A stretch of 64,000 nt of DNA from Candidatus Anstonellales archaeon (lineage in GTDB: Archaea > Micrarchaeota > Micrarchaeia > Anstonellales > J096): NCBI GenBank assembly GCA_038896535.1, contig JAWACY010000001.1:320001-384000 (forward strand), given 5' to 3'. Below are positions 18,003 through 27,347 of this stretch, piece by piece; the first letter of the stretch is position 1, and every line of letters starts with the position of its first letter. The notes under the pieces were generated by a model. It made no database searches, was not told where the DNA came from, and saw only the letters and a program-made list of their open reading frames with translations. The translations under genes were made by a program, and so were the position numbers.

Positions 18003-18562
18003 CATATAACCAACAAAAACAAACTTCTTTGGAAGCTTCTTGTGAAGGGGAAAAAGAAAAGCTGGGCTTAGTTAATAGAAAAGAATAAAAAATAAAAGAA
18101 GAGTTAAGATTAAGAAGAGCAGAAATTATAATAAAACAAAACAAAGACAAAATATCAAGTGAAAACAAACAAAAGAAATACAAGCTAAATTAAGCGCAAC
18201 AAAAGATGAAGAAGAGAAAAATACATTAAGGATAATAGTAATAATAGAATGTAAATCCGAAGAAGAAATTCCAAAAGCCTTAAAAGAGTTAATGAAAAAC
18301 TTCAATGAAAATCTTATAGAAGATAAAAAAAGACAATCTTGATGAAGAGAAATTAAAAGCCATAATAAAAGTCATTGAAAATTATTATCAAAATATATTG
18401 AGCTTCTATATTCCTTGTGATGTAATTGTGATGTTGTGATTTAATGTTGTGATTTAATTGTGACGTAATCCGAAATTATAAATTATATAAATTATAAAAA
18501 TAAAAACAGCATATAAATAATTAAAAACCATTATTTGGGAATACATACAATGCTGGCTAACA
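18003..18562 (+). repeat. Dispersed ~520-bp repeat, copy 1 (decayed ORF, TGTGA cluster, promoter)
   Basis: 27-nt identity 18170-18196 = 59143-59169; 26-nt identity 18444-18469 = 59398-59423; colinear similarity between these blocks. Confidence 0.85.
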
Positions 18563-19194
18563 ACTTATTGTCAATTGATCTGGCAGCAAAAGAAAATAAT
18601 ATAACTGGCATTGCATATTTTGAAAAATGTGGAGATAAATTTCTTGCTAGGACATTATTTGCTAAAACATTAAGCATTTATACAGATGAAGAAATAAAAA
18701 GCATTGCAAAGCATTTCAAATATGTTTTTATTGATGCTCCATTGTCATTACCAAAAGGAAGAAAAAGCATAGATAAAAAGGAAAATATACATTTTAGGAT
18801 ATGTGATATGAAATTAAGGGCTCTTGGAATAAAATTTTTTCCAATAACGCTTTCTGGCATGAGGGCATTAACAAAGAGAGGGTTAAAAATAAAGCATGAA
18901 CTAAATAAGCTTGGCTGCATTTGTTATGAAATATATCCTGGAGCAAGTTATGATATGCTTGGACTAAAGAGAAAAATGATAAAAGAACAAATTGATTTTT
19001 ATAACAAAATAGGCATAAAACACAGTATTTCAAATCAGCATGAAAGCGATGCATTAATGGGCCTAATAACCGCATTGCTTTTTATAAAGGGCAAAGCAAA
19101 AGTGCTTGATGGTGAGGATGGGGCAATAATATTGCCAAGTAAAAAATTCAATGCAGAAGAAATTAAAGCAGTAATTTATAACACAAATGAATAG
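18550..19194 (+). CDS. DUF429 family protein (RNase H-like fold)
   Basis: SIDLAAK..TGIA, FIDAPLSLP, FRICD, EIYPGA and HESDA motifs. Confidence 0.85.
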   Translation: MLANNLLSIDLAAKENNITGIAYFEKCGDKFLARTLFAKTLSIYTDEEIKSIAKHFKYVFIDAPLSLPKGRKSIDKKENIHFRICDMKLRALGIKFFPITLSGMRALTKRGLKIKHELNKLGCICYEIYPGASYDMLGLKRKMIKEQIDFYNKIGIKHSISNQHESDALMGLITALLFIKGKAKVLDGEDGAIILPSKKFNAEEIKAVIYNTNE

Positions 19195-19250
19195 AAGCCG
19201 GATAGTAAAAAGATAGTAAAAAATAAAAATACTCCATATTAATAGATTTT

Positions 19251-20225
19251 ATGGCAAATATTAAATCAAACAAGATTTTATTTATATCCTTCGTTATATT
19301 TATTTTTTTATTCGGCTGTGTCGAGCAGGTAAAAAAACAAAGAACTATTGAGATCCCTGAATCATATAACATAAATATAACAAGCGAGTATGAAGAAATA
19401 AATAAAGTAAAGCTCCCAATATTGCCAACTGAAGAAAATGGGAGTATAAATTTAGAGCAAATAGCAAATTATACAAAAGATGAAAATGCTACATTAAACA
19501 TTGTATTTTTTAACATTGGGCCTGATCAAAGGCTTGACCTTATTTCAAAAGGAGATTTTGATGTTGCCATTGTTTCTATTAATGCAGATAAGATAGATGA
19601 AGCAAGTGCCTTGCTTAAGTCAAAAGCTGATGATATTGAAATACTTATCCTGCCGTATGCAAAAACCGCTGTTGATAGTTTAAAAATAAAAAATAAGATA
19701 GATGTTGCAAAAATAATAGTGCCAGATTATGAATTGCTTAATATAACATCGCCAAATGTTGAAAAAATGAAATCTGGAGATAATATAAAAGAAAATGGAA
19801 TAACAATCACTTTTATTACCCCATTTAAAGGCGCATTTTCTGGCTATGAAAATAACGCGCTTTCATTTTATCTTAATGATAGGAACTTTTCAATATTTTT
19901 TGGCAATGATATTGTTGAAGGAGCAATAGGAAAAATTGTATCAAGCAATTTAGCATTGAAAACAGATGTTGTTGTTATGCCATCCTATGGAAAAGGAGAA
20001 GCATCAGGCCAATATATGGGCCTTTTCATTGATAGGGCAAATCCAAAAAGTGCTGTATTTGAAGGCATGGGCATAGATTTAAATAGAATTGAACAAAATG
20101 ATTCTAGAGTTGGAATAATAAACAAGCTTTTGTTAAAGAACATAAATCTTTATTTTGTTGGCAATAATAAGAACGTTTTGATATCATATAATGGGAACAT
20201 GTATAATGTAAATGAGAATAATTAG
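19251..20225 (+). CDS. Lipoprotein with a degenerate ComEC/Rec2-type metallo-beta-lactamase fold
   Basis: Lipobox LFGC. LNIVFFNIG, ENNALSFYL..FSIFFGND and LKTDVVVMPSYG align by eye with ComEC MBL motifs, but the metal-binding His residues are absent. Confidence 0.65.
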   Translation: MANIKSNKILFISFVIFIFLFGCVEQVKKQRTIEIPESYNINITSEYEEINKVKLPILPTEENGSINLEQIANYTKDENATLNIVFFNIGPDQRLDLISKGDFDVAIVSINADKIDEASALLKSKADDIEILILPYAKTAVDSLKIKNKIDVAKIIVPDYELLNITSPNVEKMKSGDNIKENGITITFITPFKGAFSGYENNALSFYLNDRNFSIFFGNDIVEGAIGKIVSSNLALKTDVVVMPSYGKGEASGQYMGLFIDRANPKSAVFEGMGIDLNRIEQNDSRVGIINKLLLKNINLYFVGNNKNVLISYNGNMYNVNENN

Positions 20226-20300
20226 GGTAATAGTATGAAAAATATAAGTAATAATATAAATAACAGCAGAAGTGATAAGATGAAGAACAAGGGGAAATAT

Positions 20301-20972
20301 ATGGAAAGCGTTGTCATTTCTCTTGGCGGTAGTGTAATAAACCCTGGAAAACCTGATACAAAAAAAATTTTATCACTTGCAAATATATTTAATTCATTTA
20401 AAGGTAAAATGGCTATAACAACTGGTGGGGGGAGCTATGCCAGGATATATGCAGATTGCATAAGAGAGATAAGCAAAAATGAATTTTTTGCTGATGAAAT
20501 AGGCATATTAGAAACAAGGCAAAATGCCATGCTTGTAATACCAGCATTAAAAAATGCCTGCCCTTATGTAGTGCAAGATTTTAGAGAAGCAATATCGCTA
20601 TTGAATACTTATAATATTGTTGTGATGGGCGGCTTTATGCCAGGCATAACAACAGATGCAGTTGCTGTTATGCTTGCAGAAGTTATAAAAGCAAAAAGGC
20701 TTGTAAATATAAGTAATATAAATGGCATTTATGACAGGCCACCAAATGAAAAAGGGGCAAAGAAGCTTGATAAGTTATCATTGCAAGAATTGCTAGAACT
20801 TGCTTATGAATATGATAAAAGAAAAGCAGGCACACACTTTATTTTTGATGTGCTTGCTTGCAAACTTGCTTTAAGGGCTGGTATAGAAATACATTTTGTC
20901 TCATCAGAAGAAGAGGAAGTTAGAAATGCATTGAATGGCAGAAAACATAATGGCAGCATAGCCTATGCTTAG
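20301..20972 (+). CDS. pyrH: UMP kinase
   Basis: VISLGGSV, TTGGGSYAR, MGGFMPGITTDAVA and NINGIYDRPP motifs. Confidence 0.95.
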   Translation: MESVVISLGGSVINPGKPDTKKILSLANIFNSFKGKMAITTGGGSYARIYADCIREISKNEFFADEIGILETRQNAMLVIPALKNACPYVVQDFREAISLLNTYNIVVMGGFMPGITTDAVAVMLAEVIKAKRLVNISNINGIYDRPPNEKGAKKLDKLSLQELLELAYEYDKRKAGTHFIFDVLACKLALRAGIEIHFVSSEEEEVRNALNGRKHNGSIAYA

Positions 20973-21056
20973 GAGTCAATTTTTTCATAATGGCAAATAG
21001 AAAATTAAAAATTAAATAAAAAATCAAACTTAAAAAAATAAATAAACACTAAAATA

Positions 21057-21932
21057 TTAAACGCATTGTCTTTTTACTACATCACATACATAACCTTTTT
21101 GACAATCATTATCTGTATTGCATCTTCCTGGTTTTGCTGTGCATAGTTTTGTTTGCTGATTGCAGTATTCCCATTCTTTACAGTTTGCATCTGTATTACA
21201 ATAGCCCCTTTTTGGTACACATACATGTTTTGTTGAATCGCAATACTCCCATGTATTGCACTGACTTGATGAATCGCAATAGCCAGGCAATGGAGCACAT
21301 TTTTTATTGTTTGTATTACAATACTGCCAATCCTCGCAATTACTGTCATCATTACAAAATCCTGGTTTTGGTACGCAAGTATTAGTTTTATTATTGCAAA
21401 ATTCATATGCATAGCAATCCTTGTCATTAAAGCATCTGCCAGGAATTGGGAAACATTTATTGTTGCTGCAATATTGCCAGGAAGCATTGCAATCTAAATC
21501 ACTATTGCAAAATCCGGGTTTAACTTTACATACATGAGATGTCTGATCGCATACTTCATTTTGTTTACACTCAGCATCATTGTTACAGAATCCCTGAGCT
21601 GTAATGCATAGGTGGTTTGATAAATTACATTCTTGCCAATTTTCACAATCAGAACTTGTTTGGCAGAATCCCTTTTTAGGAATACAGTAATTTCCTTTAT
21701 TGCATTCTTGCCAATTTTCACAATCAGAATTTGAAAAACACCTCCCAGGCAATGGCTGACATATGCCTTTATCTTTATTACATTGTTGCCATGCTTTACA
21801 ATCAGCATCATTTGAGCACTTAATTATATTTTGCCCTGAGCTAGAAGTGCAACCATAAAAGAATAATAAGAATGAGAATAGTATTATTGTTAAAAAAGCA
21901 TGGTATTTATTGAAAGCATTATATATATCCAT
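21057..21932 (-). CDS. Lipoprotein made of ten four-Cys repeats
   Basis: Lipobox FYGC, then 10 repeats of ~26 aa: C-x5-C-x5/6-C-x4-6-C-x4-G. Confidence 0.85.
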   Translation of the reverse strand: MDIYNAFNKYHAFLTIILFSFLLFFYGCTSSSGQNIIKCSNDADCKAWQQCNKDKGICQPLPGRCFSNSDCENWQECNKGNYCIPKKGFCQTSSDCENWQECNLSNHLCITAQGFCNNDAECKQNEVCDQTSHVCKVKPGFCNSDLDCNASWQYCSNNKCFPIPGRCFNDKDCYAYEFCNNKTNTCVPKPGFCNDDSNCEDWQYCNTNNKKCAPLPGYCDSSSQCNTWEYCDSTKHVCVPKRGYCNTDANCKEWEYCNQQTKLCTAKPGRCNTDNDCQKGYVCDVVKRQCV

Positions 21933-22022
21933 CTTATCCCTATTTATTATCCATTTTCCATTTTATATTAATTTTTTAATTTTTATATTAATTTATCCAC
22001 TCCCTTTTCTACCTTTTTGATC

Positions 22023-22379
22023 TTACTTTTTTGATCTCTTTGCCCTTTTAACTTTTTTTGCTTTTTTCTTCTGTTTTTCTGCCTTAACTTCTTCTAACTT
22101 CTCTTCTATTAAAGGCTGCCCTTCAACTTCTTCTTTTTTATGCTCTTCCCCTTTTTCATATTTTGCACATTCTTCACATGTATTTCTGCCAACCGCAGCA
22201 TAAACAGGGCAATAGCCAAATAAGCCTGTAAGCACAAGGGCCAATGAAATAATAACAAGCAAACCAAAGCTCCAGCTAGGCAGCTCAGCAGCTTTTCCCA
22301 TCGTTATTAAAAATAAAAAAAGCCCGATAGTAAATCTTAATATCCTTTCACTTATTCCTACATTGTGCATGTAATTCAT
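22023..22379 (-). CDS. DUF2892 (YgaP-like) membrane protein
   Basis: NVGISERILRFTIG and LTGLFGYCPVYAAVGRNTC signature. Confidence 0.9.
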   Translation of the reverse strand: MNYMHNVGISERILRFTIGLFLFLITMGKAAELPSWSFGLLVIISLALVLTGLFGYCPVYAAVGRNTCEECAKYEKGEEHKKEEVEGQPLIEEKLEEVKAEKQKKKAKKVKRAKRSKK

Positions 22380-22461
22380 TTTACCACCTAAAAATTATTT
22401 AAGATTTGTTTTTTAAATTTTTGCCTTCTTTGCAATTGCAATGAAAAGATGAGAAGCAATT

Positions 22462-23298
22462 TTAACCTTCTATTATCTCAGCACTCATTGTCGTTGTTTC
22501 ATTACTATATATGACAAGCATGTCATCTTTTTGCATTAATAGTGTTATAACCTTTCCATTAAATTTTTTGTAATAAGTAAATGTCTCCCCATTTTTGATT
22601 TTTTCTGTTTGATTCTTGCTTGTTAAAAATAACTCAACATTATTATCAAATTTTAATTTTACTAATGCAGGGCCATTTAATGGCAACCCAACTATCAAAT
22701 ATCTGTTTTCATAAATATTAAATGATAGTACATTAACAAATGTTTTATTAAGATATATTGTTGTTATATAACACAATTGCTTTCCGCATGCTATACCAAC
22801 TCCGAGCTTTGTAAAGTTATTGCTCAACATTGTTTCTCTGTGTTTTTCACTGTTTAGCCAGCCATCTATTGTTTTGTTCACAAGATCTTTATTAAATGTC
22901 ACTAATGCCAAGTTTTCTCCTGCCAGTGAATATGAAATATTTGCTTCTTTTAATCTGTAATCAACGTTTCTGCCTTCTTTATCATAATGGTCAAAAAAGC
23001 CTTCTTCAAGCATTTTTTGGCTGTATGCTCTTGCAACATAGCTCTGCCTTAAATCATATTCAAGATATGTTTTATTATAGTGCTTTCTTATGTCATTTAT
23101 GGCATGAAATATATCTAATTCAAGCTGCGATGGCGAAAAATTTAAGTTATAATTAATTGCATTTTCCATTCTTTTTTCTTCAATACCATCTAAATTTTTT
23201 GTATAAAAGCAACCATATGATGCTATGCCATATAATATTGCAAGTATAAAAAGAAAAACAACTCCATTATTCCTATTATTTGATTTTTTTTGTTTCAT
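22462..23298 (-). CDS. CAP (SCP/PR-1) domain surface protein
   Basis: INDIR, ARAYSQKM..FFDH, GENLA and GWLNSEKHRETMLS..F..LGVG motifs; N-terminal TM with SYGC. Confidence 0.9.
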   Translation of the reverse strand: MKQKKSNNRNNGVVFLFILAILYGIASYGCFYTKNLDGIEEKRMENAINYNLNFSPSQLELDIFHAINDIRKHYNKTYLEYDLRQSYVARAYSQKMLEEGFFDHYDKEGRNVDYRLKEANISYSLAGENLALVTFNKDLVNKTIDGWLNSEKHRETMLSNNFTKLGVGIACGKQLCYITTIYLNKTFVNVLSFNIYENRYLIVGLPLNGPALVKLKFDNNVELFLTSKNQTEKIKNGETFTYYKKFNGKVITLLMQKDDMLVIYSNETTTMSAEIIEG

Positions 23299-23299
23299 A

Positions 23300-24325
23300 T
23301 CAACCCTCAATTTTAAATCTCAACATTGCTGCTATACCTTTCATGCCTTTTAATTTTTCCCCCCATTCATGGCTAGTACTTATTATATGTATTTTTGCTT
23401 TATTTTTTTGCTCTGCCTCTTTTAATAAATTTTTTATTTCATTATCTGCAAGGAGTTTGTCTATAACAATGATATAGCTTATTGCATTATAATCTATTGC
23501 CTTTTTTATATTTTCTTTTCCATAAACAGCGAGCCCATCATTTTTGTATATACTTAAAAGTGTTTCATTCACCAATTTTGCTTCTTTTATTAGCCTCGCT
23601 TCCCCTATAACAGAATCTATAATGCCAGCATCCAGCAGCTCTTTTATTGAGCTTACCTCGGCATAACTAGCATCAGCAATCTTTGTTTTGTAGCCATTAT
23701 TTTTAATTATTTCATTTGCTTTTTCTTTCTCAAAACCAGGGCCAGCAATTATTATTATTGCCTGCTTATCCAATGACTGTATTATTTCTTTATATTTTTT
23801 TTCTTTTATTCTTTCTATTTCTTTTTCATCCCATTTTTTTCCTGCTGGTAAATCAATCTCAAATTTTTCTTCAAATCCATATGGGGTTATATCTATTATC
23901 AATGCCTTTCTTTCATCAATAAGCAAAAGCTGCGCTGCTTTTCTTCTAGAATCCTCAAGAGCATTTTTTATTACATTTATTTCATAATCCCTCCATTCTT
24001 TTTTTTCTATTGTTAATACATAATCTTCTGTTATCTCTATGCTATGATGTTTCCCTCTTTGTATGAATTCTTCTGGCTTGCCATCTATGATAATGCCAGT
24101 AACCCTTAATGATATTGGCCTTTGTTTAAAATCTATTTTTTCTGCTTCTATCTTGACGAATATTGGCTTTCTCTCTTCTTCTCCATTAAATTTTACTGCC
24201 CTGAAGCTTTGCCCTGATAGTATATCATGAGCATTTAGTATTTTTGATAAATACCATAAATCTTGTGCACTCTCAATTTTTATTTTTATGATTCCATGTT
24301 TTTTGTCTTCATTCAATATTTTCAT
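23300..24325 (-). CDS. pelA: mRNA surveillance protein pelota (Dom34)
   Basis: ESAQDLWYL, LRVTGII, AGPGFEK, AVYG and HEWGEKLKGMKGIAAMLRF motifs. Confidence 0.95.
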   Translation of the reverse strand: MKILNEDKKHGIIKIKIESAQDLWYLSKILNAHDILSGQSFRAVKFNGEEERKPIFVKIEAEKIDFKQRPISLRVTGIIIDGKPEEFIQRGKHHSIEITEDYVLTIEKKEWRDYEINVIKNALEDSRRKAAQLLLIDERKALIIDITPYGFEEKFEIDLPAGKKWDEKEIERIKEKKYKEIIQSLDKQAIIIIAGPGFEKEKANEIIKNNGYKTKIADASYAEVSSIKELLDAGIIDSVIGEARLIKEAKLVNETLLSIYKNDGLAVYGKENIKKAIDYNAISYIIVIDKLLADNEIKNLLKEAEQKNKAKIHIISTSHEWGEKLKGMKGIAAMLRFKIEG

Positions 24326-24332
24326 TTTATCA

Positions 24333-24929
24333 CTATTTCATAGCTATGCTGACCCACCATTCGCTGCTTTGCTTTTTTATTATATATTTTGCATATAAAT
24401 AGCCTATAACAAGCCCGCCTAAATGAGCAGCAGATGCTATACCAGAATTTATGTTAAATGTGCTCAGAAATTCAAGGATAAACCAAAATATTACTGCTTG
24501 CTTCATTCTCATAGGCATAAACCATATAAAGATCACAAGGTTTGGAAAAAACACTGCTGTTGCCCCCATTATGCCAAAAACTGCTCCGCTTGCTCCTAAT
24601 GCTGGCAAGCCCGGGTTTATGTTAAGCAATGTAGCTAAGTAATAGAATAGAGAGCCAGAAATTCCAGAAAGCAAGAATATTTTTATTATTTCTATTGGCC
24701 CCACCCTTTTTTCAAGGATTGACCCAAAAAGTATGAAAGCATAAAGATTAAGGAAAAGATGCAAAAAGCCAGCATGCAAGAAAATTGATGTAATAAACCT
24801 CCATGGCTCATTTATTGCATTGCTTGGAAGGAAATAAAGTGATTCTGTAAAATTTGGAATAATGATTTGAGCTATGAATGCAATGAAAATTGTGATGGAT
24901 ATTAATAAAACTGCATTATAGTAAGCCAT
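24333..24929 (-). CDS. Rhomboid family intramembrane serine protease
   Basis: PWRFITSIFLH, HLFLN, GASG and AHLGG motifs. Confidence 0.95.
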   Translation of the reverse strand: MAYYNAVLLISITIFIAFIAQIIIPNFTESLYFLPSNAINEPWRFITSIFLHAGFLHLFLNLYAFILFGSILEKRVGPIEIIKIFLLSGISGSLFYYLATLLNINPGLPALGASGAVFGIMGATAVFFPNLVIFIWFMPMRMKQAVIFWFILEFLSTFNINSGIASAAHLGGLVIGYLYAKYIIKKQSSEWWVSIAMK

Positions 24930-24963
24930 AAATCATATTTACATAATAATTTTATTAACCTAT

Positions 24964-25524
24964 CTATTTATTTCTGCTCGGCATTTGCCTTGATCTTGCA
25001 AACCCTCCGTTTTCCTCATCTAATTTTATAACAAGATTTTTTGCAATGCTTCTTGCTGTCCCTTGAAATTTTTCTCTTATGCTGTCATCTAATAAACTCT
25101 TGCTCATTAAATGTTCCAGCAGTTTTAAAATATTTAGCCAATCCCCACTTTCCTTATTCTTTTTTATTATATTAGATAAAATTTTATGAAAAGCATCTAT
25201 TGCGGCAATTCTTAATTCTTCTTCTATATCTTTACTTACAATTATTTTTTCCAATGCTTGAATATTGCCATCTTGCCTTGCAAGCTTAATACTCTGGATT
25301 GCGCATTCCTTTCTTACTTTATATACTATATTTTCATCAATGCCAATTTTACTGCATATAAATTTATTTGTTATTACATTATTACCAGTTGCAATATTAA
25401 CAAGTTCTTCTACAAATCTTTGTTGCTCAGCAATTTCCATAGCCCTTAAGAGTGCATCTCTCCTTATCTCTTCTTCTTCATGGAAAGTCGCAATAAACAG
25501 CAAATCATAAAATTTGGTTATCAT
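24964..25524 (-). CDS. Hypothetical alpha-helical (HEAT-like) protein
   Basis: Repeated EE(I/L)R..A helices. GGTGA RBS. Confidence 0.6.
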   Translation of the reverse strand: MITKFYDLLFIATFHEEEEIRRDALLRAMEIAEQQRFVEELVNIATGNNVITNKFICSKIGIDENIVYKVRKECAIQSIKLARQDGNIQALEKIIVSKDIEEELRIAAIDAFHKILSNIIKKNKESGDWLNILKLLEHLMSKSLLDDSIREKFQGTARSIAKNLVIKLDEENGGFARSRQMPSRNK

Positions 25525-25592
25525 TGTTTCACCATGCTACTTAATTATTTATAACAAACATTTTTAAAGCCTTGCTAATAAAGAAGTGCCAT

Positions 25593-27347
25593 ATGGAAAT
25601 TATAATAGCTGAAAAGCCAAGAGTTGCTATGAAGATTGCAAATGCTCTTGGAAAAGCAAAAAAGAAGCTTTATAAAAAAAAGGCCCCATATTATGAGCTA
25701 GATCATAGCATAATAATGCCTGCAGTTGGCCATTTATTTTCATTATCTAGCAATGCTGGGAGCGATTATCCTGTTTTTGATGTGCAATGGAAGAAGGTTT
25801 ATGAGATAAATAAAAAGTATTATTATGTTAAGCCATACATAGAGAATTTTGAGGCAAATAAAGAGAAAGCAGATAATATTATTGTTGCAACAGATTACGA
25901 TAATGAGGGCAGCTTAATAGGTTATAATATAGCAAGGTTCATATTTACTGGTAAGAAAGTAGAGAGAATGAAATTTTCAACATTAACCGCAAATGAATTG
26001 AAAAAGGCATATAATGAAAGAGGAGATTTTGATTATGGCAATGCTATTGCTGGAGAAACTAGGCATATCGTTGACTGGTTTTATGGCATAAATTTAAGCA
26101 GGGCATTGATGTCATCTTTAAGAAAGGCAGGTAAATACAGAGTTATGAGCATAGGCAGGGTTCAAGGTCCGACATTGGCTCTGGCTGTTGGTAGGGAAAA
26201 CGAAATATTGAGCTTTAAGCCAGAGGACTATTACCTATTATTTTTATACGCTAAAAATGCTGAATTTTCATTTGGCAAGCATATAAAAAGCAAGGAAGAG
26301 GCAGAGAGAATATTTAATGCTATTGGGAATTATGGGATAATAAATGATGTTGATATAAAGAAATTGGAAATAAGGCCATTGCCAGCATTTGATTTAACTT
26401 CATTGCAAGTTGATGCTTATAGAATATTTAAAATCTCTCCATCAAAAACGTTGCAGATTGCCCAATTGTTATATGAATCTTCTTTAATCTCATATCCAAG
26501 GACAAGCTCTCAACAACTGCCTCCATCTATTGGTTATAGGAACATACTTGAGAGCATTGCAAAACATAATGATAGTTATAGCAAGCTTGTAAGCAAAATA
26601 CTTGAAAAGCAGAAGTTGTGGCCAAGCCAAGGCAAAAAGACAGATCAAGCGCATCCAGCGATATATCCAACTGGCCAGAAGCCGGATAAACTGAGTGAGG
26701 AAGAAAGGAAAATTTATGAGCTTATATTGAGAAGGTTTATTGCTGCATTTATGGACAGTGCAATTAAGGTTGAGACAAATGTTCTGCTAGAGTCTAATGG
26801 CATTTTATTCAAAGCTGAAGGCGTTAAAATAGAGGAGCAAGGCTGGTTAAAGGCAGTTAAAGGGCTTTATGATTTAAAGGAAAAAGCCATAGCAGATTTT
26901 AAAAAAGGCGAGAAAGTAAGAATAGATGATAAGAAGATTGTAAAAGAAAGGACAAAACCACCAGCTAGGTATAATGAAGCAAGCCTTATAAAAGAGCTGG
27001 AAAAAAGAGGCCTAGGCACAAAAGCAACAAGAGCTGTTATAGTTTCAACGCTTTTTTTGAGGAAATACTTGTTTAAGCAAAAAGATGGAATACACGTTTC
27101 TGCTCTTGGCATAGCTGTTTACAGAACACTTGCAGACCATGTGCCTAATATATTAAATGAGAGTTTAACAAGAGAAATAGAAGAGGATTTAGAAGAGATA
27201 GCAAAAGACCCAAATAAAAAAGATGCAGTAATAGAGAAAGCAAAAGCAATAATAACTGACGCATGCAAAGCATTTAAAGAAAGAGAATTAGAGATCGGGA
27301 CTACTTTCTTCGATGCTATAAGGAGTATGAGGGTCTTCTCTAAATAA
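25593..27347 (+). CDS. topA: DNA topoisomerase type IA (no C-terminal zinc ribbons)
   Basis: IAEKP, ATDYDNEG (TOPRIM), SIGRVQGPTL, LISYPRT (catalytic Tyr), AHPAIYPT and GLGTKATR motifs. Confidence 0.95.
   Translation: MEIIIAEKPRVAMKIANALGKAKKKLYKKKAPYYELDHSIIMPAVGHLFSLSSNAGSDYPVFDVQWKKVYEINKKYYYVKPYIENFEANKEKADNIIVATDYDNEGSLIGYNIARFIFTGKKVERMKFSTLTANELKKAYNERGDFDYGNAIAGETRHIVDWFYGINLSRALMSSLRKAGKYRVMSIGRVQGPTLALAVGRENEILSFKPEDYYLLFLYAKNAEFSFGKHIKSKEEAERIFNAIGNYGIINDVDIKKLEIRPLPAFDLTSLQVDAYRIFKISPSKTLQIAQLLYESSLISYPRTSSQQLPPSIGYRNILESIAKHNDSYSKLVSKILEKQKLWPSQGKKTDQAHPAIYPTGQKPDKLSEEERKIYELILRRFIAAFMDSAIKVETNVLLESNGILFKAEGVKIEEQGWLKAVKGLYDLKEKAIADFKKGEKVRIDDKKIVKERTKPPARYNEASLIKELEKRGLGTKATRAVIVSTLFLRKYLFKQKDGIHVSALGIAVYRTLADHVPNILNESLTREIEEDLEEIAKDPNKKDAVIEKAKAIITDACKAFKERELEIGTTFFDAIRSMRVFSK

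Noticed and set aside
18416..18464. CRP/FNR binding sites (TGTGA)
   Set aside because: Only direct half-sites are present with no TCACA partner, and the host is archaeal.
21077..21811. Alternative-frame ORFs within the Cys-repeat gene
   Set aside because: They are by-products of repetitive coding sequence; the Cys frame has the signal peptide and periodicity.
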